A stretch of DNA of 64,000 bases from Octopus vulgaris. Taxonomy: Eukaryota. The notes beneath the pieces are model-generated. The model was not told where the DNA came from, ran no database searches, and saw only the letters and a program-made list of their open reading frames with translations. Both the position numbers and the translations under genes were made by a program. The stretch is taken from NCBI GenBank assembly GCA_951406725.2, contig OX597834.1:19468001-19532000 (forward strand), read 5' to 3'. This document shows positions 26,986 to 40,289 of the stretch, piece after piece (position 1 is the first letter of the stretch; the number at the start of each line of letters is the position of its first letter).

Positions 26986-27574
26986 AGCACTAAACTTCTC
27001 CAGTTCTTTTAAACCTCTTGGTAAGGAGACTATTGTTACTGTTCAACCCTAGGTAATACATAATCCAGTAGACCTATGATCAAAGAAATTCCAGTTGTGA
27101 TTGTTTTCTGTAGTACAGAGCTGCTATGGCAATGTTAAAATGTCTATAGGCACTGTCTGTCTTCCACAGGAAATAATCAAATTCAATTGGAAATATCTCA
27201 AGTTTAAACTATGTGTAACAATACAGATGTATTCTTGCACAGATACTGTCCATTCAGCTGTGACCATTCTGTCTTGAAGAGAGCACTCTTCACTTTAAAG
27301 GACAAATAAGGTAAAACTCTGAAAGGAATATTACAGCTTAAATTATTTATGTCATTTCTAGCCAAATCTATGAATGGATCTAACCATATTATATAAGCTT
27401 TATCATTATTATTGATAAAGTATATGCTTTATCATTATCATTGACTTTGCCTTTTATCCTTTTAGGGACCAATGAAATAAGTGGCTGTTAAGCATCAATG
27501 TAAAATGTAATCAACTAGCCCCCCCCCCCAACTCCCCTAAAATTCCAGGCCTTGAACCTTAGTGGTATTTCTTC

Positions 27575-27805
27575 TGCGACGAGCTGGCAGAAACGTTAGC
27601 ATGCCGAGTGAAATGCGTAGCCGTATTTCGTCTGCCGTTACGTTCTGAGTTCAAATTCCACTGAGGTCTACTTTGCCTTTCATCCTTTTGGGGTCGATTA
27701 AATAAATACCAGTTACGCACTGGGGTCGATATAATCGACTTAATCCATTTGTCTGTCCTTGTTTGTCTTCTCTGTGTTTAGTCCCTTGTGGGTAGTAAAG
27801 AAATA
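27575..27805 (+). mobile_element. SINE family B, full length, nested in an older relative
   Basis: 11-bp TSD GGTATTTCTTC (27564-27574, 27806-27816). Confidence 0.9.
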
Positions 27806-27862
27806 GGTATTTCTTCCAGCTCTTTACATTCTGAGTTCAAATTCCAATAGATTCTATGTTTA

Positions 27863-28266
27863 GGCGCAGGAGTGGCTGTGTGGTAAGTAGCTTGCTAACC
27901 AACCACATGGTTCAGGGTTCAGTCCCACTGCGTGGCATCTTGGGCAAGTGTCTTCTGCTATAGCCCCGGGCCGACCAATGCCTTGTGAGTGGATTTGGTA
28001 GACGGAAACTGAAAGAAGCCTGTCGTATATATGTATATATATATAAGTGTGTGTGTATATGTTTGTGTGTCTGTGTTTGTCCCCCTAGCATTGCTTGACA
28101 ACCGATGCTGGTGTATTTACATCCCTGTCACTTAGCAGTTTGGCAAAAGAGACCAATAGAATAAGTACTGGGCTTACAAAGAATAAGTACCGGGGTCGAT
28201 TTGCTCGACTAAAGGCGGTGCTCCAGCATGGCCACTGTCAAATGACTGAAACGAGTAAAAGAGTAA
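27863..28266 (+). mobile_element. SINE family A, full length, young
   Basis: ggcgcaggagtggctgtgtggtaag (box A), gggttcagtccc (box B-like), cttgggcaagt CORE-like motif, gagtaaaa tail. Confidence 0.92.
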
Positions 28267-28329
28267 TTCAAATAAAATTCAAAAGATGGTCAGAAATCAA
28301 ATGGACATAAGACTGAGAAAAATACTTGC

Positions 28330-28879
28330 CTATGAAAATCCATCACACCAGAGAATAATTTGGTTCGGAATTTATCCAATCTAAAACTTTCACTGGATGG
28401 AATCTCAGTCTTTGAGCTTGGACTGAGTTTCTGCCCAAGCGCTAAGAATTTTCACAAAAATAAACTAGTTCAAGGGTTATTTCAGTTTGCCCACCATCAC
28501 AACTTCAAGGAATTTTGTTTTGAAAACAAGGGTAACAGAAAACCCCCATGTTTATCGAAAATGATGGTAATTGAATCTGGCTTTATTGGATTGTAAAGAA
28601 TGCCAATTGATATCTGGATAAAGTTCGCGATCAGCATTGCTGGAATTTCTTGAATCTTGTCAGACAGGCATTAGGGAAAGCATTAAAACAAGCAGAAAGA
28701 AGTCATATAATAACTTCACAAATACCCAACATTATGCACTCCATTCTCTAGCTAATAATGATTCTATTGTTATTAAAATGGTAAATAAAGGAGGCACTAT
28801 TGTAATTTTGGACAAGAGTGAGTATATTTTAGCTTGTGAAGAAGTTTCAAGTGACAAGACTTCATATGGAGAAATACCT
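28330..28879 (+). pseudogene. decayed Penelope-like retroelement ORF, region N-terminal to the RT
   Basis: Motifs VRNLS..L...GISVFELGLSFCP and NNFT..QHYALHSLANNDSIVIKMVNKGGTIVILDK.EY match the PLE pattern V.NLS...L.KGLSF.P / AL..L..N..IVIK.ADKGG.VV; stops and frameshift between the blocks. Confidence 0.8.
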
Positions 28880-29111
28880 ATTTCTTTACTACCCACAAGG
28901 AGCTAAACACAGAGGGGACAAATAAAGACAGACACACAGATTAAGTCGATTATATCGACTCCAGTGCGTAATTGGTACCTATTTAATCGACCCCGAAAGG
29001 ACGAAAGGCAAAGTCGACCTCGGCGGAATTTGAACTCAGAACGTAGCGGCAGACGAAATACTGCTAAGCATTTTGCCCGGCGTGCTAATGATTCTGCCAG
29101 TTCGCCGCCTT
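28880..29111 (-). mobile_element. SINE family B, full length, inserted in the PLE ORF
   Basis: 16-bp TSD ATATGGAGAAATACCT (28864-28879, 29112-29127). Confidence 0.92.
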
Positions 29112-29569
29112 ATATGGAGAAATACCTGTCAATCCAAACTCCAATGGTCGACTTTACCTTTTATCCTTTCGGGGTCAATAAAATAAGTACCAGTGAAACC
29201 CTATTGTTGGTGTAACCAACAAGCTCCCTTCCACAAAATTTCAGGGCCTCTGCCTTTAGCAGAAAGAATTATTATTCATGTTGTTGTTGTTGTTATTATT
29301 TGAAAATATCAGTTCACTATATCATCTTTTCTTCCTATCAGAAAAAAACATCTTTATGTCTATATATGTATGTATAAAAAGTAATTGAGAGAGAAAAGTC
29401 TGGTGCTTAATAAAACGTAATGTGTCTAAAATATAAATTATGTATTTATGTATATTTCCACATTACAGAAATCTGTTTAATTTTATTTTCTGTATAAATT
29501 AACTTCTTAAACTTTATTCTAATATCTTTTATACATATATCTTATATATATATATATATTTATATATAT

Positions 29570-29982
<413 letters not shown>

Positions 29983-30780
29983 CATAGCTTTTCAAATATA
30001 ATCTCCCATTTGGTTTAGTCTTACCAATATTTATCTTAAACTGCTGGTTATTTCAACCTCCCCCTGCCACTCTCAACTAATATCGATCATAAGTTGATTG
30101 TATTATCTTTACTAATAGAGGTCCCAGCTACATAGTCTTATCTTCTCTAATATTGATCTCATCTCGATAATGTTGTTTATTCTTGCACCGTTGGAGGTTA
30201 TCAAGGTCACACGAAGTGAAACTACCAGCAAACTCTTGTTTTGGGTCTTGTTTTTGTTTTCTCCATTTTATTTTTGTCTCTATTTACCAGGCAAACTATT
30301 TCAAATATAATTATCAATGTTTCATAATGCATACACATGATGCATGTGTTTGTACCCAGCCTCACCCTGTGTCTCAATATCCTCTCATTTTCCTAACCAT
30401 TTTCTCTCTCTCTCTCTCTTTCTGTGATATAATACACATACACACAATCATATATACATATATGTACATGTATCTATGTATGTATCTATGTTTATATATA
30501 TATATGCATGTACATGTATCTATGTTTATATGTATACATGTATATATATATATATTCATATATATGTATGTATATATATACACACACACATATATATATA
30601 GGCATAGGCATGGACATGTCTAAGAAGTTTGTTCCCAACCACATGATTCTGGGTTCAGTCCCACTGTGTGACAACTTGGCCAAGTGTCTTCCACTACAGC
30701 CTTGGGTCAACTGAAACCTTGTGAGTGGCAGATGGAAACAGAGAGATGCTCATTATATATATCCATACCAGACAATATAC

Positions 30781-30827
<47 letters not shown>

Positions 30828-30834
30828 CAGTTGT

Positions 30835-31007
30835 CATGATAGATCGTTAGCCACTACACACATTTTTTCTCCTTGTTTTTCTGTGTCCCTTTCTGTAGAA
30901 GAGCATAGGCTCAAACGTAAAAGACTTTTTCTATTCCTGAACATTATACTAATACATCTGTTTGTTTTGTACACCACCTGCCTCTCTTTTGTTTTTTCGT
31001 AAAATCT

Positions 31008-31010
<3 letters not shown>
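30835..31010 (+). mobile_element. second copy of the ~190-nt hammerhead-bearing element
   Basis: Colinear with 12147-12339; CTTT CTGTAGAA GAGC ATAG GCTC AAAC GTA AAAG (G of GAAA lost). Confidence 0.7.
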
Positions 31011-31037
<27 letters not shown>

Positions 31038-31043
<6 letters not shown>

Positions 31044-31555
31044 GATTCATTTGAATTAGGTACTTAAGTTGAACCACCAAGTCAGTCCAGTATTATCTGC
31101 ACAACTTGAAGGTGAATAAAATCAAAATAAGCAACAGGATATCAAGTAGTGATGCAGTATAACCGTTTCAAGTGGCTCCACTTAATTGAACAATGCAATC
31201 ATTATATCAGTTTAAATACAGGGCCATCTTCAGCTGCACAAAAGATAAATGAATTAGAAATGAATTACAATCCCTTACAACATTATGACCCCAATAAGTT
31301 TAATGTGATTCTTGGAAGTGTAGTCTATTCTTAGCTACAATAGTGACAACATGAATTTCTTCCATCCTCTTACTCTGTTAAAATATTTGAGAAAAATTAT
31401 ATTAATGTGTCCTACTGGTTGAAATTCTATTTATGTGTTTCTGCAGCTGAAGATGGCGCTGCATTTAAATTGATGTAATGATTGCATTGTTCAATTAAGT
31501 GGAGCTGCTTGAAACGGTTATACTGCATCACTACTTGATATCCTGTTGCTTATTT
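31038..31555. mobile_element. PLE-like insertion with ~125-bp inverted arms (31125-31250 / 31430-31555)
   Basis: Arms are near reverse complements, each carrying TGCAG CTGAAGA ... GAAA CGGTTA TA CTGCA; left end abuts (TA)n. Confidence 0.65.
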
Positions 31556-32586
31556 CTAGTAAGACATTAACCTACATGGATTTACACAGAAATGCGCCAA
31601 TTCTTTTGGCTAAAACCTCTTTAAGCCAGTGCCCTAGTATGGCCGCAATCTAATGACTGAAACAAGTACTAAAAGATAATTAAAAGGAAATGATATATAA
31701 ATCATTAATGAAGACACACACACATATATATTCTATCATCATTTAATAGCCAGTGTCCGTGCTATATGTGTATATGTGTAGGTATGGTTAAACAAATAAC
31801 AGATGTTGACCTCAATGCCTGTATATATACATATATACTTTTTATTCTGTAACAGGTAAAATGTTCCTACAAGAATTCAGTGGCTGAGGGTTTTGTTTCA
31901 TGCCAAGCACTTACGAAATGCCTTGTACTAAACTCTTTGTCTGTCTGTTCGTCTTTGAGTGTATGCACACACACACACACACATCTCTATACATCTATAC
32001 ATATATATACATACATACATACATACACACACATACATACATATACACACTTAGATATATATATGCAAACAAACAGTCGTTAGATTTACATTTCTTACCG
32101 TTTTTAGAACAATTAAGACCATAAGGTTATTGAAAAGTTTTCTCTACATGCAATTCATCTTTGAAAATCCCTATAATTAGGGGGAGAAAGTCGCTAGATA
32201 ATAACCAGTTAGCTCACACAATTCCATTCAACCTCTTCACTCTCTGCATGACCAAACTGGTAAATATTTACAGGCCATTATAGTTTCTCCGAGTCTCATT
32301 ATAGGTTGTTGTGATAGGTGTAGGGACAATGTAGTTGTGTGTGGAGGAAGGAGTTGTCAGAGAGGTGGGTGGCGGAGTTGGAAAACTATGAATATTAAGG
32401 GGCGGTTATAATGATCGGAGTGTCAGGCGTTATGGAACGAATCTATGAATAATAGTGAGGAGTTTTACTGTTATCAGATTTCACAATCTGTACGAGATTG
32501 ATGTAAAGCAAAAGGGATAGTTAAAAGCTGAAATACTTAAGCAAATCTTTCTTAGGGTTGTTTCAATGCATGTGTGTATATATATG

Positions 32587-32624
<38 letters not shown>

Positions 32625-32689
32625 TGTACACAAACGCATACACATGTGCTGATAATTTCATGTACATAAACATGCACATACATACATAT

Positions 32690-32756
<67 letters not shown>

Positions 32757-32875
32757 TACATGCATACATATATACATACATACATACATATATATATATA
32801 CATGCATATATATATATATATTTATATATATATATATATATATATATACAAGCATATATATATAAATATACACGC

Positions 32876-32920
<45 letters not shown>

Positions 32921-33109
32921 AGCATATATATATACATACATGCATATATATATATATATATGTATACACATACATGCACCTATCTATATATATACACACA
33001 CACATACACATACGCTCATTTATATATGTGTGCATACATTATACATGTTATACATGTTTGCAAATATATGTTTATATTTATATCTCATCTTATTTTATGC
33101 ATAATATTC

Positions 33110-33500
33110 TTTTATTATTTTATTTGTTTCTGTCATTTGACAGTGGCTATGCTGGAGTACTGCCTTAATCAAGCAAATTGACCCCAGGACTTATTCTTTG
33201 TAAGCCTAGTGCTTAGTCTATCAGTCCTTTTGCTGAACTGCTAAGTTACAGGGACGTAAACACACCAGCATCGGTTGTCAAGTGTATAAAATAGCATAAG
33301 ATATATCTTTTATTTCTTACTTGTTTTGGTCATTTGACTGTGGCCATGCTGGGGCACCATCTTGAAGGATTTTAGGGAAATAAATCACCTAGTACTTATT
33401 CTATTGTTATCCTTTGCTGAACTGCTGACTTACGGGGATGTAAACATACTAACACTGGTTAACAAGTGGCGGTGGTGGAAGAACACACACACACACACAC
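33110..33500 (-). mobile_element. two SINE family A tail fragments
   Basis: gtcatttgac.gtggc.atgctgg...aaacac.ccagca..ggttgtcaagtg twice. Confidence 0.8.
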
Positions 33501-33621
33501 ACACTATGACACAAATGTAAGTACATGCATACATATATATATATATATCGTTGTTATTTTGCAAAAGTTTCGTAAGTCCAAAATGTTGCTTTTTCAGAAA
33601 ATGACAAAAATACAGTTCTCT

Positions 33622-33765
33622 ATGTAAGAGATGAGGAATAATGTACATTATTTACATTATTTACATTCGATATGAACAAAACAAGGATGAAACTGATAAA
33701 TTGTCTACCCTATGTGAAAGACCTCTCCAAAAATATCCATCAAATGTAAATAATGTAAATAATGA
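33622..33765. repeat. short inverted repeat (cattatttacattatttacatt / aatgtaaataatgtaaataatg), probable PLE end with inversion
   Basis: 22-bp perfect inverted arms ~75 bp apart. Confidence 0.5.
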
Positions 33766-33945
33766 CAAAAATAGTTTCACCATTCCATAGCAAAACCGTT
33801 GTACTATACTTTGACAGTTTTTGATATCTTGGCATTGGAAGCAGCTGGAGATACAATAGGTTGACCAAAAGAACTGGCTATTGCAAGCATTTGGCCAAAT
33901 TTAGATATATGACAGTTTAGCACAACAGCAACAATATATATATAT

Positions 33946-33980
<35 letters not shown>

Positions 33981-33996
33981 TATATATATGTATATC

Positions 33997-34260
33997 AATG
34001 GGTGAATGAATTATCCTATGTTTACAGTTAACATGGAGAATTCAATAAACCATTACCAGGGTAGCAAAATTCCCGTCAGAAACACAGTTGAAGCGACCTA
34101 TCCAAAGGAAGAAACTCTGGGTTAATGTGCAGTAATTTGTGTGTTATAAATGAATAAATAAATAAATGAATGGAGTTGAACGAAGATGTTAATAAAATTC
34201 TTTTATTTTAACAAAAAAGAATTTTATTAACATCTTCGTTCAACTCCATTCATTTATTTA
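33997..34260 (-). mobile_element. PLE terminal fragment (relative of 5031-5420) ending in a perfect 46-bp fold-back
   Basis: Arms 34159-34204 / 34215-34260, 10-nt loop; flanked on both sides by TA repeats. Confidence 0.75.
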
Positions 34261-34276
34261 TATATATATGTATAGC

Positions 34277-34375
<99 letters not shown>

Positions 34376-35316
34376 GTATATATATATATATGTATATATG
34401 TATATATATATGTATATATGTATATATATGTATGTATATATGTATATATATGTATGTATATATATGTATATATATATGCAAGCAACTTCTAGTTTCTGTC
34501 TACTAAATCTGCTCTCAAGACTTTAGTCAGCCCAAGGCCATAGTAGACATGCTCAAAGTACTATGCAGTTGGACTGAACCCGGAACTACGTGGTTGCAAA
34601 GTGAACTTCTTAAATAAGCAGCCATGCTTGCATATAAAATACACTTGCACACACAACAGTAAAATAAACCATTAAGCAACACTCATTATATTTAAGATGG
34701 TTTATCATAAAATGTGTTTCATGATTTGCACACCCATTTTCATGCACACGCATACACACACGCCATACACACACACACACACACACAAGTGCATGCACAC
34801 ACGTAGAAAGTAAATGTTCCTTTTAGCATCATATAAACCATGGTTCAGATGGTCTGTTGGTAAGTAATAACTGCCTCTTATCCATTCAATATTTATATTA
34901 CTTTTTCTATTGGACGTTTTGTATCAGTCATTAATGCTATATACGTTTACCGTTCTCTCTGAAAGGAATCCATTCTAAATGCGTGGCTGGGAGGTCTATT
35001 AATATATATTTCCTACATATATTACTCTCAATCTGTAAATCTGTTTCAAACCAAAAACATATTTTTGCTTTTATGTCACTGAACGCCAGTCTTAACATTC
35101 GTAAACCTACTTTTCCTTGACATTCAAAATTCTTTTATTGTTTTTAATTTCTCTTAGTACAGATATATATCGTCTTATGGTAGAATTAGTGAGGTGGATT
35201 AGTAGACATTACACAGTGTCTCACAGTACCAAAAGGGAAAAAAAAAACATTAAGAAAAATTGTTTTCACGAATCCCAGATTCTTTATTGAGATTTCAATA
35301 AATCTATTTTATTTTT

Positions 35317-35752
35317 TGTGACGTATATTTGCCATTTAAATATGGCTAAACTCTAAGGGTGGATGCTACTGTAGCTTGTAGCCCCAGGAGGACACCTCCT
35401 TCAGCTGGCTATTGACATTCTTTCTATGCCCTATCAGTATTTGCAAACGGAAGCCATCCTTCCCGTCTTCAACTTATGATACACACGGACTCAAGTTTCT
35501 TGGTATTGACCCGTCATATACCAGAAACTCGAGTCTGTGTGTATCATAAGTTGAAAACGGGAAGGATGGCTTCCCTTTGCAAATACTGATAGGGCACAGA
35601 AAGTGTGTCTATGGCCAGCTGGAGGAGGTGTCCTCCTGGGGCTACAAACTACAGTAGCATCCGCCCTTAGGGGTTAGCCATATTTAAATGGCAAATATAC
35701 GTCACGATGTGTTGCAGCTACTGTTTATAACTCGCTCTAAGATTTATTATTG
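35317..35752 (+). mobile_element. fold-back insertion: 388-bp palindrome (35318-35705) plus 47-nt tail; PLE inverted-pLTR architecture
   Basis: ~190-bp arms with about 14 substitutions, 13-bp TSD CTATTTTATTTTT (35304-35316, 35753-35765), hammerhead 3' half GAAAC TCGA GTC at 35524-35535. Confidence 0.8.
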
Positions 35753-35777
35753 CTATTTTATTTTTATCAAAACTATG

Positions 35778-35953
35778 GGCATGCAAGCATGGCTGTATGG
35801 TTAAGAAGCTTGCTGTCCAACCCTGTGGGCTTTGGTTCTGTCCTACTACATGGTACTTTGGGTGTGGGTATCCTATTATAGCTCCAGGTTGAACAAAACC
35901 TTATGACTGGATTTAGTAAATGGAAACAGAAAGAAGACTATTGAACATGTGTA

Positions 35954-35986
<33 letters not shown>

Positions 35987-36041
35987 AAGTTATGGAAACA
36001 TAAACACATCAGCACTGGTTGTCAAGTGGTAGTGGGTGAGA

Positions 36042-36089
<48 letters not shown>

Positions 36090-36330
36090 CACATACACAT
36101 CTTCTTTCCATGCTGGTATGGGTTGGACAGTTTGACAGAGGACTGGCAATCCTGGAGGTTGCACATTAACATTAAAGCAAATGTTAAATGATGATGATGG
36201 TGACGACGATGATATGTATATATACGACAAGCTTCTTTCTGTTTAGACACTTACTCAAGGTGCCATGTGGTGGGACTGAACCCAGAACCATGTGATTGAG
36301 AATCAAGCTTCTTACCACACAGCCATGCCT
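35778..36330. mobile_element. SINE family A + head and - copy interrupted by a family C fragment
   Basis: Family motifs in opposite orientations around (TG)n/(CA)n. Confidence 0.7.
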
Positions 36331-37153
36331 ATATATATATATTTGCAATAAAAAACAACAAAAACGTATATATTAGCAACAAAAGATATTCAAATGAAAA
36401 GAAATTATTGGAGCTTGCTTTTTTTTCCTTTGTTATTTGCTCAGGGACACACACTAGAAGTGGGTAGCAGAGCACAGTAGAATGACTGTAGTAAGATTTG
36501 AACTTGTGACTCTGTGTTCTATAGTACAACACCTTAAGCACACCAGACCACTGCCGTTCTTCCTGTTATAGTAACAGAAAACTTTGCAACTAAGAAACTG
36601 ATCATCTCATCCAGTTGACCTTCGTGCTTCTCAAGGCGCCTCAGTCTGTTTCAGTCACACAGATACAAGGCAGGCAAGCAGGTAGTAATGAAAACTTTTA
36701 GTGCCAACTAGCAAACACTATTTTCCAAATGTTATCAAAATTTGACCATCTTGCCCTCTTACCACAATTTATTTCCTCTCAGCTCTGGCAAGAGTAAAAC
36801 TAAGTCAGAGCTATTTAGATTGATGTGGAAAACTACAAATGGTCAGTCACCCTGTTTATTCCCGACATCTCACTCCCCAGACTGTCTGATCAGTATCACC
36901 GTAATTAGATACAAATCTACAAATCTAATTTATAAACCACTGATATTCATGGCAAGTCTTATCAAGCACTGGTGAAGTGTTTACTAGATAAATATATTTG
37001 TACAGTTGTTCCTCTGTTTACAAGGTAAATAGGTTTTGCGAGTTAATGTGCAAATTGAAATCACGTAAAATGAGGAAAATACATTTTTTAAATAATATTA
37101 TTAATAAAAATAAGCAAAAATGTGTGTGCTTGTGTGTGTATGTATATATGTAT

Positions 37154-37369
37154 ACTCTCTCTTTACTCTTTTACTTGTTTCAGTCATTTGACTGCGGCCA
37201 TGCTGGAGCACCGCCTTCAATCGAGCAACTTGACCCTGGGACTTATTCTTTTGTAAGCCCAGTACTTATTCTATCAGTCTCTTTTTGCCGAACCACTAAG
37301 TAACGGGGACATAAACACACCAGCATCGGTTGTCAAGCAATGCTAGGGGGACAAACACAGACACACACA

Positions 37370-37413
<44 letters not shown>

Positions 37414-37568
37414 TATGACGGGCTTCTTTCAGTTTCCGTCTACCAAATCCACTCACAAGGATTTGGTTGGCCCAAGGCTATAGAAGAAGACACTTGCCCA
37501 AGGTGCCATGCAGTGGGACTGAACCCGGAACCATGTGGTTGGTAAACAAGCTACTTACCACACAGCCA
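37154..37568 (-). mobile_element. SINE family A, near full length
   Basis: Colinear with 40290-40711. Confidence 0.92.
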
Positions 37569-38028
37569 TTCTCTCTTTTTTCTTTGTTTTCCTCTGCTTG
37601 TTTTAGTCATTGGATTGCAGCCATCCTGGAGCACAACCCTCAAGAGTTTAGCTAAACAAGCTGACTTCAGTGCTTCTGTTTCTTTTTAATAGTCTGGTAC
37701 TTATTCATTTGGGCTCTTTGATTTTCAAAATTAGCTGTTGGTGTATATTCTTGCAGGTTCAACAATGGGTTATATTTGGCTTCTTTAGTGAAAATTTGGG
37801 GAAAAGAAAAACATTGTGTCTTAATTTGGTGTCAATTTGATAACTCAGCTTTGCATATTTTGTACAAAAGCCTGCTTGTTGATAACATATAATCCTTAAA
37901 TCGTCCATACTAGATGTATGGTCAAACTCTTGAAAATCTTTCTGTTTTTCATTCTCCTTTGTATCCCACATCTCTCTATTCTCTATGTGCATACTCACTT
38001 TGACATACATCAACCCAAGATATAAGTG

Positions 38029-38335
38029 TGGAGGCACATGGCCTAGTGGTTAGAGCAGCAGACTCGGTCGAGGGATCGCGGGTTCGAATCTCAGACCGGG
38101 TGATGTGTGTGTTTATGAGCAAAAACACCTAAGCTCCATGCGGCTCTGGCAGAAGGTAATGGCAGAAGGTAATGGCAAACTTCAGCTGACTCTTTCGCCA
38201 CAACTTTCTCTCATTCTTTCCTCCTGCATCTTGCAGCTCACCTGCAACGGACCGGTGTTCCCTCCAGGTGGAGAACCTATATGCCAAGAAACCTGGAAAC
38301 CGGCCCTTATGAGAAGGAACAAACAAACAACAACA
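38029..38335 (+). mobile_element. tRNA-derived SINE (family D relative, (CAAA)n tail)
   Basis: Box A tggcctagtgg, box B ggttcgaatct; 12-bp TSD AAGATATAAGTG (38017-38028, 38336-38347); internal 13-bp duplication ggcagaaggtaat. Confidence 0.92.
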
Positions 38336-38810
38336 AAGATATAAGTGACTTTCTGTGAATACCACAATCATTAGTGCTAGTCTGATAAAGCAGTTACATA
38401 CATATTTTTTCTTTCCCTTTTTTGTCCTATCTATAACAATATTTTACGTATTTGTACAATATTTCTTTCGTTTCTATTTCTTTGTTTTGTTTTGTAAAGG
38501 AATATTTAAAAAGCAATTTCTGAATGTAGAATTGTTATCTCGAAACTAGTGTATTTAAGCATTCAGATTCATAGCCAGCCTCTTAGAAATGCCAAAGGTT
38601 TCTGTGGACATCTGTAGCCATCTTGATAAGAGAAATGACAAATCAATACACATCTGATCCAGATCTGTGTTGTGTTATTTCTATCAGAGCATTCACCAAT
38701 AACAACAACAACAACAATAAATACATCAGGTTTATCTATGTCCTCCAAGCAAATTATTTTCATAAACAAATCAACAAGAAAATAACAGCAATAGTGTAAA
38801 TCTATCAGAT

Positions 38811-38857
<47 letters not shown>

Positions 38858-40289
38858 AATGTATGAAAAAAAATAATAACCTGATGGATGAAGGAATAAT
38901 ACAAAAGTAATGTTATTGCAGAAAAATGATGTTTGATAGTTGTAAAGAGAAAAAAATCTGATAGCTGCATATGAGATAGGCAGGGTTTGGTTATGGTGGC
39001 TGTAAAAGAGCAACAGGAAATTCTTTATATTAGAAAGAAGTGATAACAAAATTTGGATTGAAGAAATAAGCAGGGGGTTGGGGTGGGGGGTGTAGAAGAA
39101 TTTCTGAAAGATTGATATTTTTAAGGGCTAAAAAGGAAATGAGACCAAAAAAAAAAAAATGAACTAAGGAGGAATAAGTAAATAAATATATACAAGTAAA
39201 AATGGATAAGAGATTTGTAAAAAAAAAAAAAAAAAAAATAACCCAAAGAAAGTGAAGGGTGGAATGGAAGAAGTTTTGAAGGCTTAGAAGGAAAAATATA
39301 CGTGATGGAAAATATTAGCAAAATAAAAGTAGTAAAAAAACAAAAAATGAACAAACAAAACAGGGGAAGAACGGACAGTAAAAGATGTCTGATGGCAAAC
39401 CTTTAACACCAAAAGATACGACTGGAGTGAAATGATTTGAAATAGGAAGCGAAAGAAAGGAAAATATGGAATGCATAGAACTCAATGAAATATGAACTTG
39501 ATAATCGCCACCAAGTTGCAATCTCCATAAACACTAAAAGAATTCAAAGACGCAAAGGCATTTCCACTTCCTGTTGTTTCTGCAGCCAAAGTTGCCACCA
39601 ACAATGTATGGTAACACATCTCAGGGTTCAGTTGAGAAATGGAAGCTTCTGCTTCAGTGAAAGTTTTTATACCATATAACTCCAAATCATCTTTTTCTCC
39701 CTCTTTCTCTCTGTCTCATTTCATTTCTCTTTCTCTCTCTCTCTCTCTCGTTTTTTCCTTGTTCTTTTTTCCTTTCTTTTTTTTTTTCTTTTGCGCTCGT
39801 ATTACACATATAAGTCCATTTCAATGCCATCATGTCTTCTGCATGCTCCACTTTTGTCATAGTACATCTTCTTTTGAGTGTACATGTGTTTGCTTCTCGA
39901 GGACATTTTTGTAGATAAACATACATGCAAGAAAACAAAAGCAAAAAAAAAATAAATAATAATAATAATAATAATTTTTAAAAAACGACTAAAAACAATG
40001 ATGTGATGTTGCACAGCAGTACAACAGCAAAACCAAATGATTTAAAACAAGTTTGCAGGAGGCAAAGACATTAATTTCGAAAATGATTCATTTAGAAAGG
40101 AGATAGCTTATTATTGAAATATTTGCCATACACAGAATACATAAAATTGTCAACATATTAACTGAAAAGAAATAACAATAATAATAGATTTATAGTTATT
40201 GATATAAACCCAGAGTTGTCATAGCATTGTGTAATTCTTCAAAACAAAACAAGTGAACGAACAAAAATTGAATAAATGTTTTTATCTTA

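Noticed and set aside
39482-39685. 67-aa minus-strand ORF with natural-looking composition
   Set aside because: Starts at TTG, no splice support and no recognisable homology
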